DNA from: the human T2T-CHM13v2.0 reference genome, Homo sapiens
Length of the DNA stretch: 64,000 bases
Strand: one strand, 5' to 3'
Assembly (NCBI RefSeq): GCF_009914755.1
Contig: NC_060932.1
Under the pieces are notes generated by a model, which did not search any database, was not told the origin of the DNA, and was given only the letters and a program-made list of their open reading frames with translations. Positions 15,400-29,138 of this stretch are shown here, piece by piece (position 1 is the stretch's first letter; every line of letters begins with the position of its first letter). Position numbers and translations under genes: made by a program.

Positions 15400-16175
15400 A
15401 AGTATATATAAGCCACCATGAATATGAGTGGATAATTGCCTAGAGGAGGGGCAAGAAGAAGTGTGTGACAAGAACTGAATGAGTGAGATAAGGTAACAGA
15501 AGTAATGGGAGCTGGAAGCTGGATCACAGGGGGTCTTGTAGGCCATCGTCTACAAACAACAACAACAAAAACAAAACAAAAAAATGAACAAAAAAACCCT
15601 CCTTTGTCTTTTACTCTGAGTGAAAAGGGAACTCAGGGTGATATTTTGAGCAGGTGAGTGGCATAAAATAATGTATGTTTTAAGAGATTCACTCTGGATG
15701 CTGTGCTTAGAATAGACTCTAGGGTGTTAAGGAAGAAAGGAGAACATCAGGTGGTTTTTGCAGTAATACAGGCAAAAGATGGTGGTGCCTTGAGCCAGAA
15801 GAGCAGTGGTGTGGTTGGTGAGGAGCAGTTGGATTCTGATATTTTTCTGAAAATAGAGCCATCAGTGCTTCCTGACAAATTGAATGTGGGATATGAGAGA
15901 AAGAATGACAGCACAGATGACTCCTATTCCTGGTTTGGCCTGAGCACAGGATGGATGAGATTCCTGTCCTCTGAGATGGGGGAGCTGCTGGTTACACAGT
16001 TTTAAGAGAGGACCATCAGGGGTTCAGTTTAGGGCATGTTACGTTTGAGAAGTTCATGAAGTATCCAAGTGGACCTATCAAGTAGTGAGTTGAAATACTA
16101 GTCTGGGACTTGGGAGATCGGGCTGGGCAGAAGATGTAACATCTGGGAGTTGTTGACATGTAGATACATGGTATT
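15400..16175 (-). mobile_element. L2 LINE fragment (host of the 7SK retrocopy)
   Basis: ggggtcttgtaggccat...ttttactctgagtg...cactctggatgctgtg...gatggtggtgccttg...ggttcagtttagggcatgttacgtttgag, canonical L2 motifs. Confidence 0.8.
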
Positions 16176-16422
16176 GGATGTGAGGGCGATCTGACTGCGA
16201 CATCTGTCACCCCATTGATCGCCAGCATTGATTCGGCTAATCTGGCTGGCTAAGCTGGTGTCCCTTCCTTGCTCACAGCTCCAAGTGCATTCCTCCCAAA
16301 GCTGCACACTAGGTCGAAGAGGACGACCATTCCCTGACAGAGAAGGACTGGTCTTCGGTCAAGGGTATATGATTAGCTGAGCTCTCCTGCTAGAACATCC
16401 AGACAAGCTCTCAAGACCCATT
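16176..16422 (+). pseudogene. RN7SKP: 7SK snRNA processed pseudogene, 3'-truncated and tailless
   Basis: Begins exactly at the 7SK 5' end (GGATGTGAGGGCGATCTG...ACATCTGTCACCCCATTGATCGCCAG) and follows 7SK to ...CAAGCTCTCAAG.CCCATT (about nt 247 of about 331). TSD agata(c/t)atggtatt (16162-16175 / 16423-16436). Confidence 0.97.
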
Positions 16423-17163
16423 AGATATATGGTATTTAAGAAATGCAACGTAGCTGACAACTATTCCACCACTGGCTTTCCTAAGATTAATTTCACCTTA
16501 TTTTGGCCTAAGTCCAAGAAGTAGAGGTTTTCCCTTCCTTTCTCCTCCCTCTGCTTCTTCCATCTCTCTGTCCTACCCCAGTGAGTCCTTGCTTCTGTAT
16601 AGAACCATTCAATCACAATTGAACTCTCTTGTGCTTTTCTAGTTTATCCGTCTGTCTCTACTTAGTTTCCCCAGTGCAATGACTGCACACTTTGTTGGGA
16701 TTTTGCTTCAAGCCACAAGGGAAACAATAAAACTGAGGGATGTAGGAAATGAACTCATGGACTTGGCTTTGGGAGACTGGGTCACACACCACTGAGAAAC
16801 CAGGGACGGAGGATTTTTGCACAACTATCCACAGAGTTAGGTGTTAAACAACATCACTGCCTTCAGAAAAACCAACATCATAAGTGCAAGTTTATTTATT
16901 CTGTATGTTCTCAGGACTAAATGCTTGTTATTTTTAGAGAGAATACAGGGGAACCAGGAGAACTGCTTTTTGCCTTCAAGTGGTGCACATGCTTTGGTAG
17001 GAAAAGTCAGTGCTACTCATAAGAAACCGTAAGAAGTATTCAGGAGAAAAGGATGGGAAAATTAGTGGATGAAGAGGTTGCTAAGAAAAAACTTACCCTC
17101 ATTTAGCTATTGTGTTTCAGATTCAATGTCACATCATTTGCAAAATTTTCATTGTTTGTCCTT

Positions 17164-17217
17164 AAAAATAATCAATAGATCCCTGAGATAAAAAATAATC
17201 AATAGATCCATGAGATC
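17164..17217. repeat. 27-bp tandem duplication
   Basis: aaaaataatcaatagatccctgagata / aaaaataatcaatagatccatgagatc. Confidence 0.9.
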
Positions 17218-19734
17218 CACAACACTTCAGAGAATAATGACCCTTGTCTTATTACAAATAAAATGTACTTGATTACTGGGAAAATAGTGTACCTTCTTTG
17301 AAAAGAGAGACAGAGAGAAAATAAATATAAACACAAAAAAGAAAATCTTATGGCCCGAGAGGACCATGAGACTCTTTTTTTGATTGTGTTTTCTATGTAT
17401 ATATTTACTGTACAAAAAATGAGATCATAGTGTACTTGTTTGTAGATTCTTTTCTCATTGGTAATAGAGCTGAAGAATTTTCCATGTCACTAGGCACTTT
17501 CCTACTACATTGTTTGGGTATCTGCTTATTATCAATATCATAGCTATATTATAATTGTGGGATTGTGGCTTGTTTCCTTTTATGCCTTTTCAGCATCAAG
17601 GACAGGAAGTTCTTGCAGTCACAGAATGTTAGAGAACTCAAAACTCCCTTAGACATCATCTAGTTAACCTTCTGTTTTGCAGATGGGAAAGTTGCATTAA
17701 ATGGATTTACAGGTCAGATGGTCAGAAAGCTACAGAACAAGAATACAAACCAAATGCCTGTATTCTGAGCCGAGTGTTCTTTTACTATAACATCTGGACT
17801 CTGAGTCAGCCCTACATCTGGGAAGTACACATGCAGTAAAAGAAGAGGGCATACTTTGGCAGGAGAAGTTTGGGGAGGACATGACAGCAGAAGTCTCTTG
17901 TGGTTCTTTTGGAACTTTCAGTTTTACTTCAAACCCTGTGACCCCCGCAAGTTTCATAGAGGGGCAAAGTTGCATTGTGTGGTGTGGCAAGCAGACAGTT
18001 TTAGGAAAGGAACTCATAAGCTCAGGTTTGCAAAACCCACAGCTGTACAAAAGTTCAGCTCTATCCAACACTCAGAGGGGTGCAAAAACCTTCTAAGAGA
18101 GTACCTGGCCACCTAGAGTCTCAATTCTGGTTTCACATTATATCTGAAGGGCTCCCATCCCTCAGCACTGAGCCCTGTGAAACCTAATGACATTTTGACT
18201 TTGCTGATTGTCAGAGATGATTTTAACTTCGGACGCTTACAAGCCACAGTGTTCTGGATGTCCTTCAATCACTCTCCATGCCCTCTTGCTGTAGAAGAGG
18301 AGGGTCGTGCTTGGAACGCTTCGAACCATCCTCAATAGTGAAAAAAGAGCAGAGAACGCTGGGAGTTCCAGCCTGCTGTGGAAATGAGGCACCACCCTCC
18401 AACTCCCTTGTCCCAGACCAAACCTGGCTATGCCACACTGTGCTTAATACCTTTCCATGACCTCAAGATAAAGTTCACATCCCTCAGCATGGCATCCAAG
18501 ACCCTGTACCTCCCCTTGGCCCACCTCGGTCTCATCTCTGCCATTTTTGTTTTCAGCAACACCAATCTTCCTGTAGATTCCTGAATGAAATCATCCTACT
18601 TTTCTACCCAATTCTTCCTTTCTAGAATGCCCTTTCTCTTCTTTTATCTATGATTAATCTTACTTAGTTGGATTCGGTATCTCTTCTCTATATTTCTGTA
18701 ACTATAAAATTCTATAATCTGTGATAGTTTCCAAAATATTCTTGGCCATATTTAGTCAAATGACTAAATTTTATCTTAAAACTTATGCTGCTATCTAGGA
18801 TCAATGTTACTTCACACAGTGGTACATTCCAAAGCACTGACACCTGTGAAACATACAGTGTTAGTGAAGTACAGAACATCAATGTACTTAGAATCTAGAA
18901 AAAAAAATTGCTCATGTTTCCCAGCTGCAAATTATCTGGATGGCATAGATGCTTTTATCTAGTGCTACACTTAGGATATTTACTTAAATATTGGCAATGA
19001 TAAAATGGTGGGTAAAAAAATTACACATTCATCAAAAGTAGGCAGGCTGATAGAAATGCATAAACATGGTACTCCTCTCAAAATTAAATTACCATATGTA
19101 CATGGTTTGACTTGTCATTTATGTACTTGTATATTTATATACCCATCATCCTTAATCACCTACAAGAATGAATGAGTGCATTTAAGAACAAATGTTTGCA
19201 ACATAAGCTAATAGTTAATTGAAAATTTCTTCTTGGAGGAAAAGGCTGAGACAAGACTGGAAAAGACAAACACTTTTTAGAAGAACAGTAACACTCACTG
19301 ATCCCATACAGTCTGATTTTAGCTCAATCTAAAGAAAATTCCTGGTGAGACGTCTCAAAATTATTAAAGCACGCCCTACCCAGCACAGAGAGAGAACGTA
19401 TGAGAAAGGACACGGAATTTAGCATCAGGAAAGTTGGGTTCAACTCTTTGCACAGCCTTTTCTGGTTGTGCGATCATAAGAAATTCTTGTGACTTCTCCA
19501 AGTTTGTCCTTATATTTAATCTCAGAATAATGCTGCAACCCTGCCTGCAATTGGGTTTGAAGAGCACAAAATGTATGAAAATATTTTGAGATGCTAAACA
19601 ATCTGAATTGCATCAATATGTGATTTTCCACTCACGTATACATTGTATAAAAATCAGGATCAGTAGAGCCCAGAAATGCTACTACTACTGTTAGTACTGG
19701 TGCTATTATTACAACCACTACTGTTAATAAAATA

Positions 19735-19990
19735 TTAATGGCTGATGTTTATTGAGAGTATACTGTATGCCTGCACTGTTTTAACATTTTACATAAATTA
19801 AGAATTTATGTCTCATAAAACTCCTATGAAGTAGTTACCATTATTTCCTCCATTTTGTAGATAAAGAATAAGAGACTCAGGGAGTTAAGCAACGTGTCTA
19901 AGATTATACAGCTAGCAATTGAAAGAACTGGGATTTGAACCCAAGCTTGAACTCCAGAATTCAAGCATTAACAATGACACTCTACTTTTT
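19735..19990 (-). mobile_element. MIR SINE
   Basis: gtttattgagagtatactgtatgcctgcactg...ccattttgtagataaagaataagagactcagggagttaagcaacgtgtctaag...ctgggatttgaaccca. Confidence 0.8.
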
Positions 19991-21518
19991 GTCTCATAAT
20001 AATAGTAAAATTAGCTTACAGTGAAGTAGTGGTTTGTGTCTGCATAGTGATAATCTCCTTTTATCCCTGCAACAGTCCTGTAAAATAGAGGTTAATTATC
20101 CTTATTTTAGAGATGTGAAACTTGGGTCAAAAGGATTAAGGAATTTGGCCAAAGTCACAGTGCTCTGGAGGAGTAAAATCAGATGGTTTTCCCACTAAGG
20201 TGGCAACTAAAAACTTCTCCCAACCTGTGTCAGCCTCTGCCTTTGCTGGCACCATCTTATTGAAGAAACTGTCTGTGAGGATCCCATTTGAGTCTTGGTG
20301 TATTTTGATTTGTTTTGAGAGCTTTTTCTTCTCTGTCATTCTCTGAGACACTCTGTCTATCATGCATGAGACTAATTGTTTCTGCAAGCATCACATGATT
20401 CTGCAGAGCTTAGAATGAGCTGCAGTGAATTTCCAGCCCAGATGCCATTGGCATTTTAGGAAATCACCCTGGGAGGATGACCCCAGGTGAACTCAACCTC
20501 TGATGTCACGGTCACCTCCCCTCCAGGTGCTGAGCTCACCACTTATCCACACGTTCTCTGTGTGGCCGTCCTTAAACAGAGCATTCACCATGTCATTGCT
20601 TGCTGTAGATTCTGAATATGCACTCTGCTTCCTGTTTGTAGTTTTGAACACTCTAGATTCTGGCCTTGATTCACCTGTCTAAATCCTCTTGCCCGTGGTG
20701 TCTCAGTTATGCCATCTTCTCTGTGCATCACAGAACCCTGTGCTTGGGGTATTCCTTTAGCTAAAACTTCCTTCCCCTAACTCTTGGCTTGGCTAACATA
20801 ATCTCAGCTTAATTAGATATAACCTGCCTCAGAAAGCCTTCCTTGTGCAGTCCTCTGCCCTCCTCTGCTCTTCCATCTCATCTCATCTCTCTTCTCACTT
20901 TAGCATTTATTACATTGCCAAATAAATTAGCATAAAATAGCCTGTTTAATTATCCATCTTCTGCACTATATTATGAGCTCTTTGAGGGTCGTGGTTTTGA
21001 GTGTCCACTATAATGTCTGCACATAGTAGGTGCTTAATAAGTAGCTATCGATCAAATGCTAATCTCTAGCTCTGAAGTCACCAAATATTTTGAAAGATTC
21101 TTTTCATTTATATCTTTGTCTCTTAGGCTATGAGTTTCTTGAAGGCAGATATTCTGCCTTGTTCAGCACTATACTCTTATACTCTGGCATGGATGAGGCC
21201 CTCAGTAAACAAGAAGCTCATTAGAATTTCAAACCCTCTAATCCTGCCATCTAACCTGTTCAAAGTCTGCCCTGCCTCCTCTGAAGTGTATCCTTTACCA
21301 CAATTTCCTCATCTTCTATTTTCTCTTTATTTCTAATATCTTCATTTATTGTCTCACCTACATACTTTAGCACTTGCTGTTATACTATTTGCTCTTATTT
21401 TTCCTGTGTTTTATGTGTTTATATCTTTTCCCTGCTACTGAAAATATAAGTGGGGATAAAACCATACCATCTAATTTTCAATATATTAAAAATTACATAT
21501 TGACCAGTAATAAGCACT

Positions 21519-21810
21519 AATTTTAGAGACAGGGTCCCACTTTTTCACTCAGGCTGGAGGGCAGTGGCACAATCACACCTTACTGTAATCTCCAACTCCT
21601 GGACTCAAGCGATCCCCCTGCCTCAGCCTCCTGAGTAGCTGGGACTGTAGGAGTGCATCACAGTCCCTGGCTAATTTTTTTAAAAACTTTTTGTAGAGAC
21701 AAGTTCTCACTAAGTACCCCAGGCCAGTCTCAAACTCCTGACCTCAAGTGATCCTCCCATCTTTGCCTCCCAAAGTACTGGGATTACAGGTGTGAGCCAT
21801 CGTGCTTGGA
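21519..21810 (-). mobile_element. AluJ inserted in a MIR
   Basis: agagacagggtc...actcctggactcaagcgatccccc, J-type diagnostics. TSD taataagc(a/t)ct (21508-21518 / 21811-21821). Confidence 0.9.
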
Positions 21811-22110
21811 TAATAAGCTCTTGTAATGTGCTACTGTGTAAGTCTTTTACATACAGATCATGTTGATATTTATAACTATAAGAGGTTGGCACTGGGGAAG
21901 CAAAGGCTTGGTAAGACTGACAGCTTTGTCTTATGTGTTATCCAGATGATGAGTGACAGAAGCAGAATTTAAATACAGACCACTTCTGCATCTGCACCGT
22001 GAACAATTTAGAAAAACAGAGAAGCAACAAAAATATAAAAACCAAGTGTAATTCTGATCCAGTATTTAGAGGCAATCATTGCTAACATTTTGGTACGTGA
22101 CTTTTGTATT

Positions 22111-22637
22111 CTTGGCAACCAGCTTCTATGATGGCTCTCAATGACCCCCACTTCCTGCCCTATACACTTTTGTGTAATCCTCTCCCTTTGAGTGTGGGCT
22201 GGATTTAGTGACTCACTTCTAATGAGCAGAATAAGGCAGAAGTGATTGGAAGTAACATCTGACATTAGGTTATACAAAGACTCTTCTTCCATCTTGGGTT
22301 TCTCTTTCTCTGAGATACCCCACTGTGGAAGAAGCAAACTTTTATTGTGATCAGAAATCTATGTGGCAAGGAACAGATGTCTCTGATCAACTGCCAGGAA
22401 ATACCTGAGACCTGCCAAGACCCACGTCGGTGATTCTCCCCAGTAGAGCTTTATGGTGACCACCCCAGTCAACCCATGGAGTTCAGCTCTGCGAAAGGTG
22501 AAAGAGGGTGAGCCTGAGGGGCTCCGCTAAGTGAAGGCCGGATTCCGGACCCAGAGTCTGTGAGGGAGTATATATTTGTTGTGTAAGCCACTAATATTGG
22601 GGGTAATTTGACAAATAGCAATAGGTAAATAATATAT
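22111..22637 (+). mobile_element. MLT1F-like MaLR LTR
   Basis: gatggctctcaatgacccc...gtgtaatcctctccctttgagtgtgggctggatttagtgactcacttctaa start and ggtaatttg...agcaataggtaaataatata end. Confidence 0.8.
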
Positions 22638-23429
22638 AATCCTAGACACATTTATATAAATATTTGGGTCATCTATGTTTTACTATCTATCACACATCAA
22701 AATTGAATTTATTGAGTGAAGCAAACTGATGTTATGCTTGTGTTTAAGTCTTTTTTAAAAAAAAAAAACTTTAAAATTGTAAAATAGAACTGCATATAGA
22801 AAGTGCACAGTCTACATGTACAGTTGAACCAGTTATAAACAAACATCATGGTTCCAATTTCATTATACTGTATTTTTAAATGAAATAAATATGCAGAGTA
22901 TATGTAAAATCAGTGACTGTTTCATCTTCAAAGAGAAGATGAAAGGAATACTAAATAGATGCACCATTTTGGGATAGTTTATGAATTAGAGTCTCTAAAT
23001 CAGTATGAAATATTGCCATATACTTTTCTTTAACCAACTAAAGAGGAAATTCTTAGTCAAAATTAGTCATCAGGAAGAAGTCTAGAAATTATGTCATGGT
23101 GGAGCAAACATAATGTGTGGGACAGAGTGGGGCCTCAGTACAAAACTGATGAATGGATGAATAGACTTGGAATTAAAAACATGAATTTCCACTCTCTCTC
23201 AGAACTTGGAAGTGTGTAAACGCTGTATTTGTCAATTAACATATCTGAGCCTTAGCTTTCTCGTCTTTAAAATGAGAACACGCTCATGAAGTTGTGATGT
23301 TTAAAATAAATGGCACCTTTATATAAGGCCTTCAATAAATCAATTACTAGTGAATAATAATTTCAGTTTTAGGGCACCATCTAGTAGTGATTTATTATTA
23401 CACTAATATTGTACATATTTAAAATTATT

Positions 23430-24450
23430 TATTATTTATTTATTTACTTTTTTAATAAAACGTTTTTATCATGGTATAATACACATAACATAAAACCATT
23501 AACCATAAAACCATCTTAACCATTTTTAAGTGTACAGTTCCCTGTTATTAAGCATATTTCCATTGTGAAACTGTGACACCATCCATCTCCAGAACCTCTT
23601 TCATCTTGCAAAACTGAAATTGCATCTGTTAAACAATAACTCCTCCTTCTCCCCTTCTCCCACCCCTGGAAACCATCATTCTGCTTTTTGTCTTCCCGAA
23701 TTTCACTACTCTATAAATTTGAAGTTCTTTAGGTGCCTCATATAAGCAGAATAATATAGTACTGTATGTGTCTTTTCATGACTGGCTTATTTCACTCAGC
23801 ATAATGACCTCAAGGTTTATCCATGTTGTACTATATATCTGAACTGTTTTGCTTTCTAAGGCTAAATCATATTTCATTGTATGTATATTGTATATGCCAC
23901 TTACTGTTTATACGTCTATGTACATTGATAAACACTAAGGTGCTACCCTCTTTTACCTGTCGTAAATAATGCTGCCATGAACATGGGTGTACACATATCT
24001 CCGTGAGACCTTGCCTTCAATTCTTTGAGATAGATGCCCAGAAGTGGAGATACTGGATCATGGCGTAATACTATTGTTAAATTTTCTGAGGGACTAACTG
24101 CCATACTGTTTTTCACAATGGCTATACCATTTTACATTCCCCTCATCGGTGCACAGGGGTTCCATTTTCTGCACATCCTTTCCAATACTTGTTTTTCTTT
24201 CTTTTTTTTGAAAAATAGCAGTCATTTTGTTTTTTCAAAAAATACAGTCATCAGTACACTTCTGACATATGGTACAACATGGATAAACCTTGAGATCATT
24301 ATGCTGAGTGAAATAAGCCAGTCACCAAAAGACACATACAGTACTATATGATTCCGCTTATATGAGGCACCTAGAGCACCTCAAATTCACAGAGTAGTCA
24401 AATTCAGGAAGACAGAAATGCATGTGAAGTGGTATCTCATTGTAGTTTAT
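23430..24450 (-). mobile_element. L1MB (L1MB3-like) 3' end containing an internal inverted duplication
   Basis: accatcttaaccatttttaagtgtacagttc...catcttgcaaaactgaa...gactggcttatttcactcagcataatg...gtgaagtggtatctcattgtagttt. Confidence 0.88.
24256..24418 (+). repeat. Inverted copy of 23685-23847
   Basis: Reverse complement aligns ungapped over 163 nt with 17 mismatches by hand count. Confidence 0.92.
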
Positions 24451-24464
24451 AAACATGTTATTTT

Positions 24465-24781
<317 letters not shown>

Positions 24782-25199
24782 TTATTTTTATTAGATGATA
24801 CATGCTCATAATAAACTAATTTTAAAATATTTTTGAAAGTACAAAGAAAGCAACAAATCACCCCAAAATTCCACCAGCAAGAAGTAAATAGCCAGCCTTA
24901 AATTTTGGTGGATATCATTCCAGATATCAGTGTGTGTCAAAAAAATGCAAGAATTGGAAGCTATTTAGGTAAACAGCTAGTTAATTAAATATCATACTGG
25001 CCATATTTAGTGAAATAAAGCATTTACTTAACTTCAGTCGAATGCAACCAGAGAAAAACTGAAGTTAAACTCAAGGAATTGCTGAAATTTAGATCATGTT
25101 TCTTTCATTGCCAGTGATACTATTTCCTCAAATATTCTTCTAAGCTTAGGTAAAAAACATGCTGAAACGAGGTAAGTTAGTGCCATGTTATTTACTTTT

Positions 25200-26450
25200 A
25201 ACATACATATTTCAGTTTTTCATGTGGCATGAATTTTCTTCCTACTATGAAAAATCAAGTGATTCCCACTCTTAATATCTCCTCCCATTTTCTTTCGCCC
25301 CCTGATTTTTGTTTCTTTTATAGTTTTCAGTTTAAATGATTGATAACACATTCTGTTCTGCAAACAACATTTTTGCTGTTGTGTTGTCTACACTATTTAA
25401 TGGATTTAGTCCTAAACACTAGTTCTCTTAAACATAACTTCTTCACTCTAGAGATGTGCTTGTTTAAAAAAAGTAAATAAATTTATCTTGTGATTGTATT
25501 TAATCTTCCAGTATATTTTACAACATGGCCCATATATTCCCTGGATTCTTTCATGCTTGAGAATATGTTCACTTTTAATATTCTTGGGTTACACTTTCCT
25601 TTATTTGACTATGTAGATTTTACTCTGATTTCTTTTGGAAAAACATTCATGTGAAGAAGTCAGAGATCAGCTTGATTTCTCCACTCCCTTGTTTTTTTTT
25701 CCTGCATGAAAGCATTCTCTATGGTTAATATTGATCAGGATACATTGAGTATCTCTATTTAAATTACGTTGTTTTTCTTCCAATTTATTCATTTTCTTAT
25801 GATTTGCAGATTTAGTATAATAGTTTTCTAACATCAGAAAAAACTTCAGACATGAAGTTACACGTCTGAATACTCTTCCTTTTGTTGGGTGCTGTACTTG
25901 AGAAATACAAGTGAACTTTATGTGGGCCAACTTCGAAGTCTTTATTTATCACCATTTCAGATCGATTTATTTGCTTTATCTTTTACCTTTGTATTCACTG
26001 TGATTCCTAAAGCCTTTTTTTATGCTATTGTTTGAATTTTCAGTCGAGCCCAGTCAGTTCTTTGCTGGTTTACATTTATTTATTTAATCTGTGAAGATGT
26101 TGCTTTGGCCCTTCCTTGTTTCCTTAACTCGGTAATCTTCCTCTTCATCACAGCATATTGCTTCATCGTCTTGTTTTTCAGTCTTGTATAAATGATTCCA
26201 TACTGAGTTTTTTATTGTTCTTTTGCAGATCGTGTTTCCTTTCTCTTCTGTGCTCTAGAATGTTTGCATAGTTGAAATGCCATTTCCCCCCTTTTTTTCT
26301 CAGGCTTAGGTGAGCTCTGCCCACGTCATCTCTTTGCCCTGATTCAAGGTGGGGGACACATGATTGTTCTTTTGTTGCCTTATCTTTAATAAGGTGGTCT
26401 TGTCTTGTCATTTCTAGTTAAATTTATGGGCTGGCTGTTTCTTTCTGAAC
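25200..26450 (-). mobile_element. Ancient HAL1/L1M ORF1-region relic
   Basis: T-rich strand with gaagaagtcagagatcagcttgattt, resembling the reverse of the L1/HAL1 ORF1 region. Highly diverged. Confidence 0.5.
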
Positions 26451-26679
26451 ATTCTTCCAGACTCTGAGGATACAGAGTGTGGGCTGACAGCTCAGTTCTA
26501 GTTGCTGGTTGACTCCACACTGGTTTCATCTGAGTCCACAAAGTGTGCTGTATCAGGGCCCACCACCAGCTGTATCTCCCCTTCATTCACCATCTCAGCA
26601 CAGCGCACTGCAACAGGCTGGGCTCTGATGGCCCTTGTTCTTTCTGCTAAAGTCTAACGTGCTTCACTAGTGCTGTATT

Positions 26680-27595
<916 letters not shown>

Positions 27596-27870
27596 AGACA
27601 AATGTTATGTGGGACTTCTTGCCTCAAATATTCATTCTTGGCCTTTTCCTTCGCTGTCTATTTGTGCGTGTTCCCTGTTCCTACAAGTTCTTTTCCTAAC
27701 TGTATCTTTGAGAAATTGAGCATGGCTTTAGTTTCTGGTGGACCAGAATCTTGTTTCTTTTCTTATTTGCTGTTTTTGAAGTTTGTTGGATAAAGTTGTA
27801 GTGTCTTTTCCTATTAAACAGTTCCTGGTGAATTTTTGGCTTGTTGTTCTTTTCTAATTTGTGTGTATTT

Positions 27871-28173
27871 ATTTATTTATTTATTTATTTTTAGATGGAG
27901 TCTTGCTCTGTCATCCAGGCTGCAGTGCAGTGGTGTAATCTCGGCTCACCATAACCTCCATCTCATGGATTCAAGCAATTCTCATGTCTCAGCCTCCCAA
28001 GTATGCTGAGATTACAGACGCACACCACCACGCCTGGCTACTTTTTGTATTTTTAGTAGAGATGGGGTTCATCATGTTGGCCAGACTATTTTCAAACTCC
28101 TGACCTCAGGTGATCCACCCACCTTGGCCTCCCAAACTGCTGGGATTACAGGCATGAGCCACTGCACCGGGCT
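27871..28173 (-). mobile_element. Alu (AluSx/Sz-like) with (TTTA)n tail
   Basis: Full dimer in reverse with tcctgacctcaggtgatccaccc. Confidence 0.93.
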
Positions 28174-28797
28174 CCATTCTGTGTTTATTTTAGTAGGTAT
28201 CGGGGAGGAAGAAGCTATGATCCTATTTTTTTTCTTTCAGTTTTACCCATTATTTGCATTAAATTATGGGTCTTCTTGAACTAGATTCTACAGATTCTAA
28301 AACAGCTGTGCAACGGGTATAAAACTCAGGCTACAACATTTGTAAAATATATGTGACTTCCTTTCTCTTTTATACTAGACCTTAATATGTACAGCAAGTA
28401 TAGCAAGCCTCTGCTCCCTGGTGCTAGAAATTTGATCTCAGTTAATTTGAGATCCCTTCTCTGTACCTAGGTGATGTGTCCAGGTTTTTTGTTTAAAGGT
28501 GGGGGCATCACCTGTTGTTGAAATTTTGAGAGAAGGGAATAAAGGAATCTGTCCTGGATCATCATTTCTCTTTGGTGGCATCAGTTAAGCTATGCTTGTT
28601 CTTATGTGGCCTCCTCTTTTTGGCCCAGATGAGTGTCTGCTTCATACCCCTTCTTCACCTCACAGGGCTCTTTCAGGTCCACTGGCTCTTAGCTGCTTTG
28701 GCTGCATAGTAAATATGTATTTGGCTTGCACACTATGCTGAGTACCTGAGAACTCGCCACTTTCTCAGGTCCTATCTGGCAAACAAGGTACAGGCCC

Positions 28798-29138
28798 TGT
28801 ATTAGTCCATTCTCATGCTGCTATGAAGAAATACCAGAGACTGGGTAATTTACAAAGAAAAGTGGTTTAATCAACTCACACTTCCGCAAGGCTGGGAGGC
28901 CTCAGGAAAATTACAATCATGGCAGAAGACACCTCTTCACAGTGGGGTCCAGTGAAGGGGGAAGCCCCTTATAAAACCATGAGATCTCATGAGAACTAAC
29001 TCACTATCGTGGGAACATGATGGAGAAAACCACCCCCATGATTCAATGATCTCCACCTGGTCCCTCCCATGACATGTGAGAATTATAGGAATTACAATTC
29101 AAGATGAGATTTGGTGGGGACATAATCGAACCATATCA
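28798..29138 (-). mobile_element. THE1C-like MaLR solo LTR
   Basis: tgtattagtccattctcatgctgctatgaagaaatacc...acacctcttcacag...gagatttggtggggaca...aaccatatca. TSD ggccc / ggtcc. Confidence 0.9.

Noticed and set aside
16176-16422. Functional 7SK gene
   Set aside because: Lacks the 3' 85 nt or so and the terminator, has many substitutions, is flanked by a TSD, and has L2 sequence instead of a PSE/TATA promoter upstream.
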